The notes beneath the pieces are model-generated. The model did no database searches. It was not told the origin of the DNA and saw only the letters and a list, made by a program, of their open reading frames with translations. From a virus: DNA of 64,000 nt. This document shows, piece after piece, positions 59,723 through 64,000 of this stretch. The stretch covers positions 1-64,000 of the IMG/VR virus record IMGVR_UViG_3300038379_000822, one strand, 5' to 3'. The position numbers were made by a program, and so were the translations under genes. Each line of letters starts with the position of its first letter. Positions within the stretch are counted from its first letter, which is position 1.

Positions 59723-60148
59723 TCAGGGCAGGATGAAGACCAGCGCCTGCATGAAGCGCTGACCCTTGGAGCTACCGGCGACGCCGCTACGCCTCAGCGC
59801 GGCCGTCGGGGCGCCAGCGACGAAAGCGGCTACGACCGCGCTGTACTTGGCCGAGAGCTCTTCCACCGAAGTGCCCTCGATGACTCGAACGAAGAGCGGT
59901 CCAGCCTGCGGTTCGACCGGGTTCGCGACGAAGGTCTCGAGCACCGCCATGAAGACATTGCCGTCGCCCGCGCCCACGAGATTCAGGTCGAAGATGCTTC
60001 GCTGCGCCCCCGCGATGATCGTATCGAGAGCAAGCTGAAGCTGTGCCTCGATCTCGGCCGCCGTGGAGCCTTGAAAGTACTGAGCCGTGAGGCTCGTGAC
60101 GAAGGCTCCGATCTCGGGACCAGTGTACAGGCTTCCGAAGTTTCCCAT
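59723..60148 (-). CDS. Paralog family A member (141 aa)
   Basis: MGNFGSLYTGPE...AGDGNVFMA...VIEGTSVEELSAKY...AGSSKGQRFM. Tandem with 59290..59715. Confidence 0.7.
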   Translation of the reverse strand: MGNFGSLYTGPEIGAFVTSLTAQYFQGSTAAEIEAQLQLALDTIIAGAQRSIFDLNLVGAGDGNVFMAVLETFVANPVEPQAGPLFVRVIEGTSVEELSAKYSAVVAAFVAGAPTAALRRSGVAGSSKGQRFMQALVFILP

Positions 60149-60204
60149 GGTCGTCTCCTGATTGAGGGGGCGCCCAACTTAGGCCCCGTGATCTGCTTCC
60201 GATT

Positions 60205-60435
60205 CTACTCACCAAAGCGGTCGTGGGCGAACCATCCGCCTAGCGCACCGGCTCCGACACCGATGACGAACCAGGCCCACCCCGGCACGCCGGCCTCTTG
60301 CTCGAGTTCGCCTAGCCCGATGAAGGTTTTGGCGATGCCGACTGGACCGCCCATGTGCGAGATGATCCCATCCGCTTGGGTGAACGCTTGCGACGCGTTG
60401 CCGAGACCGCTCACCGCCATGATGTTCGGGTTCAT
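60205..60435 (-). CDS. Small membrane protein (76 aa)
   Basis: ATGA overlap at 60432..60435. GVPGWAWFVIGVGAGALGGWFA. Confidence 0.5.
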   Translation of the reverse strand: MNPNIMAVSGLGNASQAFTQADGIISHMGGPVGIAKTFIGLGELEQEAGVPGWAWFVIGVGAGALGGWFAHDRFGE

Positions 60436-61211
60436 CGCGCCCCCTTGAGGTAGGAACGGACGCCGATGAAGCCGCCGGCCAGAAACGCCGCCCCGATGAT
60501 GAATGGCATGAAGCCGACCGATGCCTTCGTAGTCGAGCCTCCAGATCCGGGAGGAACCTGCGGAGGCGTGTACACCTGCGGTGGAGCGGTAGGCGTTCCA
60601 CCACCCGGCGGAGTCGGCGTGACCGGATCTCCCGTCACACGCGACCCCAGCAAGGCCGTGGCGAACGGCGTGACCGGTTTTCCACGCTTGGCCGTCGCGG
60701 CGTAGGGTAGCTGCAGCCCGGTCGCCGCGGCCCCGGAGAGGCGCGAAGCGATGCTGTCGACACTGCCTCCGCCGCGCGCCTCATCGTTCGGACTGCGCAG
60801 CGCGTACCAGACGAGGTAGACGATGCCGGGCGGCTCGAGCCGATCATCCTGGGCATAGGCCGCCTGCACCTCGTAGAAGCCATAGGGCGTGCCACGCCCC
60901 GCCATCTCGGCTTCGACCTGCGTCGGTTCCCGACGTGAGAGCACGACAAAGTAGGGCGGCATCGCGCCCATCATCGCCTGAGTCAGCTGGTTCAGTCGCA
61001 CCTGAGGCAACTGGAAGAGCTGCACGTTGAACTCGGGGCTCTTGACCTCGGTCCATTTGAAGTCGCTGTGGCGCGTTGCCCACGGCGTGACGATACCGAG
61101 CTCCGTCATCGCCAGCCGCTCGAGCGCCATGCGCAGCAGATCGTTCTCGGGAAGCAGGGCTTCACCGACCGGCGATGCCGGTACGCATCCGAAGGAGCGG
61201 AGGTACATCAT
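60432..61211 (-). CDS. Pro-rich, C-terminally membrane-anchored protein (259 aa)
   Basis: ATG 61211/61208 follows GAGGCAGGGG. PVTPTPPGGGTPTAPPQVYTPPQVPPGSGG, then FMPFIIGAAFLAGGFIGV. Confidence 0.6.
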   Translation of the reverse strand: MMYLRSFGCVPASPVGEALLPENDLLRMALERLAMTELGIVTPWATRHSDFKWTEVKSPEFNVQLFQLPQVRLNQLTQAMMGAMPPYFVVLSRREPTQVEAEMAGRGTPYGFYEVQAAYAQDDRLEPPGIVYLVWYALRSPNDEARGGGSVDSIASRLSGAAATGLQLPYAATAKRGKPVTPFATALLGSRVTGDPVTPTPPGGGTPTAPPQVYTPPQVPPGSGGSTTKASVGFMPFIIGAAFLAGGFIGVRSYLKGAR

Positions 61212-61229
61212 CGTACCCCTGCCTCTACA

Positions 61230-61335
61230 TCCTTCATGGAACGGATGAGCAACGCCCCTGGATGCGTCGCGCCGCGCCGCTTTTTGGGTGCGATGAGGGT
61301 TGAGCACATGCGGTGCTCACCCGTTCCATGAAGGA
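61230..61335. repeat. Long inverted repeat (21-bp arms with 1 mismatch, 64-nt spacer) filling the intergenic gap
   Basis: TCCTTCATGGAACGGATGAGC (61230..61250) against the reverse complement of 61315..61335. The spacer holds the 7-bp hairpin TGAGCAC-ATGCG-GTGCTCA and a T5 run. Confidence 0.6.
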
Positions 61336-61341
61336 GATGCA

Positions 61342-62169
61342 TCATGGCGCCGGCCTCGCGATCGGCGTAGCGCAGGCCTGGATCTGCTTCACCCAGGTGT
61401 TCGGGATCAGTAGCCCGGTGACCGAGTACTCGATGAACGCGATCGGCGTCGGAAAACGCCGCCAGGCGATGAACTTCGCCGTCCAGGTCTGCCCGGACTC
61501 GATGGTCACCGTGAACGGTACGTCGAGTGCACCATACCGCGTCGTGCGCTGCGGTTGGGTGGCAAGGCCCACGCCCGATGCTGCGGCAAACTCCGAGGCG
61601 CGCTGCTTCTCAAAGAACGCCGGCGGCGGCGTATTCTCTCCCGGCAACAGCTGCATGCTGCCCTCGCCATTGAAGCTGGGCATGCTGGCGCCGAACGACG
61701 AATAGATCTGCGGCTGGAAAGCGAACTGAACCGACTGGTTGCCGGGTGCCGGCTCGAGCTGATATTCGATGTTTGCCGGCGTCCGATCGTTGATCAGGAA
61801 CTGAAACCCGCAGATCGAGCTGAACCTCCGCTCTTCGACAGGGATCGTGTCGCCAACGTCCACGCCAACGTTACGGTAGATGTCTGCCCGAAGCCCGAGC
61901 ACCAGCAGAGCAAACGTCTGCGGCACCCGATCCGCGACGATCTCCATGACTACCGGGAGCTGAGGATTCAATGCGGGGCTGTAGAGCCGGCTCACCGGAA
62001 TACGACGCCCAACCCTCTCGTACGGCGTGACGTTCGGGTGCACCAACAGGCTGTTGAGCAGGCCGCCAGCAAGTTGTACTCGCGACTCATTACAGGCCGT
62101 GCTCTGCCCCGGGGCCGGACTGCGTTCTTGATGCCGCGGCCAGCCAGTCGTGAAGCCCGATTGAGTCAT
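61342..62169 (-). CDS. Beta-rich putative virion structural protein (275 aa)
   Basis: Composition and alternating-residue pattern suggest beta-sheet. Sits next to two similar genes. No motif recognised. Confidence 0.6.
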   Translation of the reverse strand: MTQSGFTTGWPRHQERSPAPGQSTACNESRVQLAGGLLNSLLVHPNVTPYERVGRRIPVSRLYSPALNPQLPVVMEIVADRVPQTFALLVLGLRADIYRNVGVDVGDTIPVEERRFSSICGFQFLINDRTPANIEYQLEPAPGNQSVQFAFQPQIYSSFGASMPSFNGEGSMQLLPGENTPPPAFFEKQRASEFAAASGVGLATQPQRTTRYGALDVPFTVTIESGQTWTAKFIAWRRFPTPIAFIEYSVTGLLIPNTWVKQIQACATPIARPAP

Positions 62170-62184
62170 CGTGATGCGATCCTA

Positions 62185-63153
62185 TCAGAGCGCCACGGGC
62201 CCCGGCGGCTGGATGATCCTGTACCCATGGTACACGACCAGCAGGATACCATCGGCCGAACGCGTGACCGGGTCTTCGGTCACTCCGACTTGACTCACGT
62301 CACGGATCCCCTCCTGAACGTCATACTGCGCCGAGGAGAATGGAAATGAACCGGCAATCCCGAACGCGTTGCCGAACGGCGGATTGTTCACGTGGCTCGG
62401 TTGAACTTTCAACTGGAGCGTCTCGCCACGCTCGAAGAAGTCCAGTGCCGCCAGATCGAACGGTTCGTTGATCGACTCGGTGAAGAACGACGTCGGCACC
62501 GGTACGTTCTGGCGCGGGTAGGACGTGCCTTGGTTGACGAACTCGAGAAACCCATCGAACTGCATCGTGCGGAAGGGCGACTGCGTCGACGGCGATGCAT
62601 AGATGGCTTCACCGGTACCCGTCGGTACACCGATGGGTACACCTGCCGCAGCATCGTTGAGATCCCACGCGGAGTGCGCCGGCCGGAAGCGCCCGAAGCT
62701 TCGTCCCTGGAAGGTGCCGCTCTCGCCCTCTTCCTGTGACGTCACCCGGAACGTGTGCTGCGAGAGGAACGTCACCGACCTCCGGACCGCGATGAACGGG
62801 CCTTCCTGCGGGATGGTGTACGTGGCCTGTACCGTCTGCGTCGAGTTGTTCGGGATGGGAAGAGTGAAGATCAGGTCGAACGGTACGCGGCGTCCCGGGA
62901 TCGTCTCGATGTAGCGGACGTTCTCCTTGGACATCACGCCACCTGCGGGATCGCCCGCTCCGCGCAGAGCATCCGCTTTCTGCAGCGCCGCCAGAACACG
63001 ATCCTGCTTGTTGGCGGCCTCGCGGTTCGCGATCTCGAGCAACGCGATTTGCGACTTGAGCGCCTGGATCTGCTCGTCGGAACGCTTCACGCCCGCGACG
63101 GCAAACCCTGCCTGGCGCGCTACTCCTTGAATGTACTCCTGCAGCGTCGACAT
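62185..63153 (-). CDS. Putative virion structural protein (322 aa): N-terminal coiled coil plus a beta-rich body
   Basis: N-terminal QIQALKSQIALLEIANREAANKQDRVLAALQKA, then a Pro/Gly/Phe/Thr-rich beta-like sequence. Confidence 0.65.
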   Translation of the reverse strand: MSTLQEYIQGVARQAGFAVAGVKRSDEQIQALKSQIALLEIANREAANKQDRVLAALQKADALRGAGDPAGGVMSKENVRYIETIPGRRVPFDLIFTLPIPNNSTQTVQATYTIPQEGPFIAVRRSVTFLSQHTFRVTSQEEGESGTFQGRSFGRFRPAHSAWDLNDAAAGVPIGVPTGTGEAIYASPSTQSPFRTMQFDGFLEFVNQGTSYPRQNVPVPTSFFTESINEPFDLAALDFFERGETLQLKVQPSHVNNPPFGNAFGIAGSFPFSSAQYDVQEGIRDVSQVGVTEDPVTRSADGILLVVYHGYRIIQPPGPVAL

Positions 63154-63216
63154 ATTGTGCCTCCCGATGGGAGTTCCGAACTCGCGAGAGTTCGTTCCGT
63201 TCAGTCTGAAGAAGAC

Positions 63217-63248
63217 CCCCGGGTCGCAGCTCTGGCTGCGACCCGGGG
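63217..63248 (-). terminator. Strong hairpin after the capsid-like gene (candidate intrinsic terminator)
   Basis: 14-bp GC stem CCCCGGGTCGCAGC/GCTGCGACCCGGGG with a 4-nt loop. In minus sense it is followed by GUCUUCUUCAG. It starts 8 nt after the stop at 63256. Confidence 0.6.
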
Positions 63249-63255
63249 CTGGAGA

Positions 63256-64000
63256 TCACTGCACGTCGCGGGCGAAGAGCCCGTCGAACGTGAACTGGAT
63301 CACCTTCTGGATGCCGTCCGCCGCGTTCAGGTTGTCGCGGAGCGACAACATGTTGCGACCACCCGGCGCCGTCGTCCCCAGCAGCGTGCCGTTGCCACCG
63401 TCCGGCAGCGCGCTGATCGTCGCCGTGCAGAGCACGTTCTGACGAGGCGGCAGCAGGATGGCGCGCGCGAGCCGGAGGATCGCCTCGTGGGTCGGCATGC
63501 CGTTCACGAGGTTGATCAGATCCGACGCCCCACCGAGATCACCGAAGAGACCGCCGCCATCGGGGAAGTACTTCGTCGGCATGTTCGAGAGCGAGGGCTT
63601 CTCGCCGGTGCCGAACGTCCAGTGGAGTTGTTCCATCGCCTGGACGTAGATCCGGTACACGTCCTCGGTCGAGCCGATCGAGTTGTTCTGCGCCGCGCCC
63701 GTGCCGAAGAAACCGGCCGCCCCGCCCGGCGAGAAGTCGCCGTTGCGGTTGGAGATCACGTCGGCACCGGGGGTGGCCGATCGGATCTGCGAGTTGCGCG
63801 CCGACACGAACACGCGGAGCGCGAGCGTGACGTGGCTCTGATCGGACGGCAGCGTGCTGCCGTTCGGGAGGTTGGTCACGGCGTCGAGGTTTCCCTGGCG
63901 CGCGCGGTTCGTGAACAGCGCCTCACGGTCGCTGATCTGCGGACTCGTTCCGCCCATACCGGCGGTACGGATGAGGGTGTCGTAGAAGGGCTGGTGAACG
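63256..64000 (-). CDS. Putative major structural (capsid-like) protein, 5'-partial (frame open to the window edge)
   Basis: Hand translation upstream of ATG 63957 (..VHQPFYDTLIRTAG-MGG..) has no stop up to 63999. Beta-rich, Gly/Asn/Thr-rich, and followed by a strong terminator hairpin. Confidence 0.65.
   Translation of the reverse strand, partial: VHQPFYDTLIRTAGMGGTSPQISDREALFTNRARQGNLDAVTNLPNGSTLPSDQSHVTLALRVFVSARNSQIRSATPGADVISNRNGDFSPGGAAGFFGTGAAQNNSIGSTEDVYRIYVQAMEQLHWTFGTGEKPSLSNMPTKYFPDGGGLFGDLGGASDLINLVNGMPTHEAILRLARAILLPPRQNVLCTATISALPDGGNGTLLGTTAPGGRNMLSLRDNLNAADGIQKVIQFTFDGLFARDVQ

Overview
This is a GC-rich 64-kb stretch (about two-thirds G+C by eye). It reads as a temperate phage, prophage or similar integrative element of a high-GC bacterium. 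No similarity search or folding was possible, so all family calls rest on motifs recognised by eye in the ORF translations. About 110 mostly small ORFs are tightly packed and often translationally coupled through ATGA, GTGA or TGATG stop/start overlaps. They form three blocks. (1) A minus-strand block at 1..20042. (2) A plus-strand block at 20094..45572, which diverges from the first at an AT-rich switch (20033..20103; 23 of 60 nt G+C by hand count). (3) A minus-strand block at 45560..64000. Block 3 holds a 1369-aa tyrosine-recombinase fusion, two glycosyltransferases, a J-domain protein, many C-terminally membrane-anchored proteins and three beta-rich putative virion proteins. One plus-strand phosphatase gene is embedded in it. 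Recognisable functions include three orphan DNA methyltransferases, an AAA+/vWA pair, a pentapeptide-repeat protein, ThyX-like, DUF1643, DUF2493/SLOG-like and RyR-domain proteins, and an ISL3-family IS. The stand-out feature is a minimal type V-like CRISPR locus at the left edge. It consists of 11 perfect and 1 degenerate 36-bp repeats directly upstream of a 478-aa TnpB/Cas12-like gene. No adaptation genes lie inside the cassette. The expected RuvC-I aspartate of the effector is a histidine. The whole cassette is bracketed by 132-bp perfect direct repeats that each begin at the stop codon of the preceding gene. Other notable signals: a TGCTAGCA-based palindrome recurring in five intergenic gaps; a mirrored pair of 30-bp inverted repeats that embed the start codons of the two divergent operons, with the same 12-mer upstream of the giant recombinase; a five-member paralog family with Ala/Asn-rich tandem repeats; and several other paralog families.
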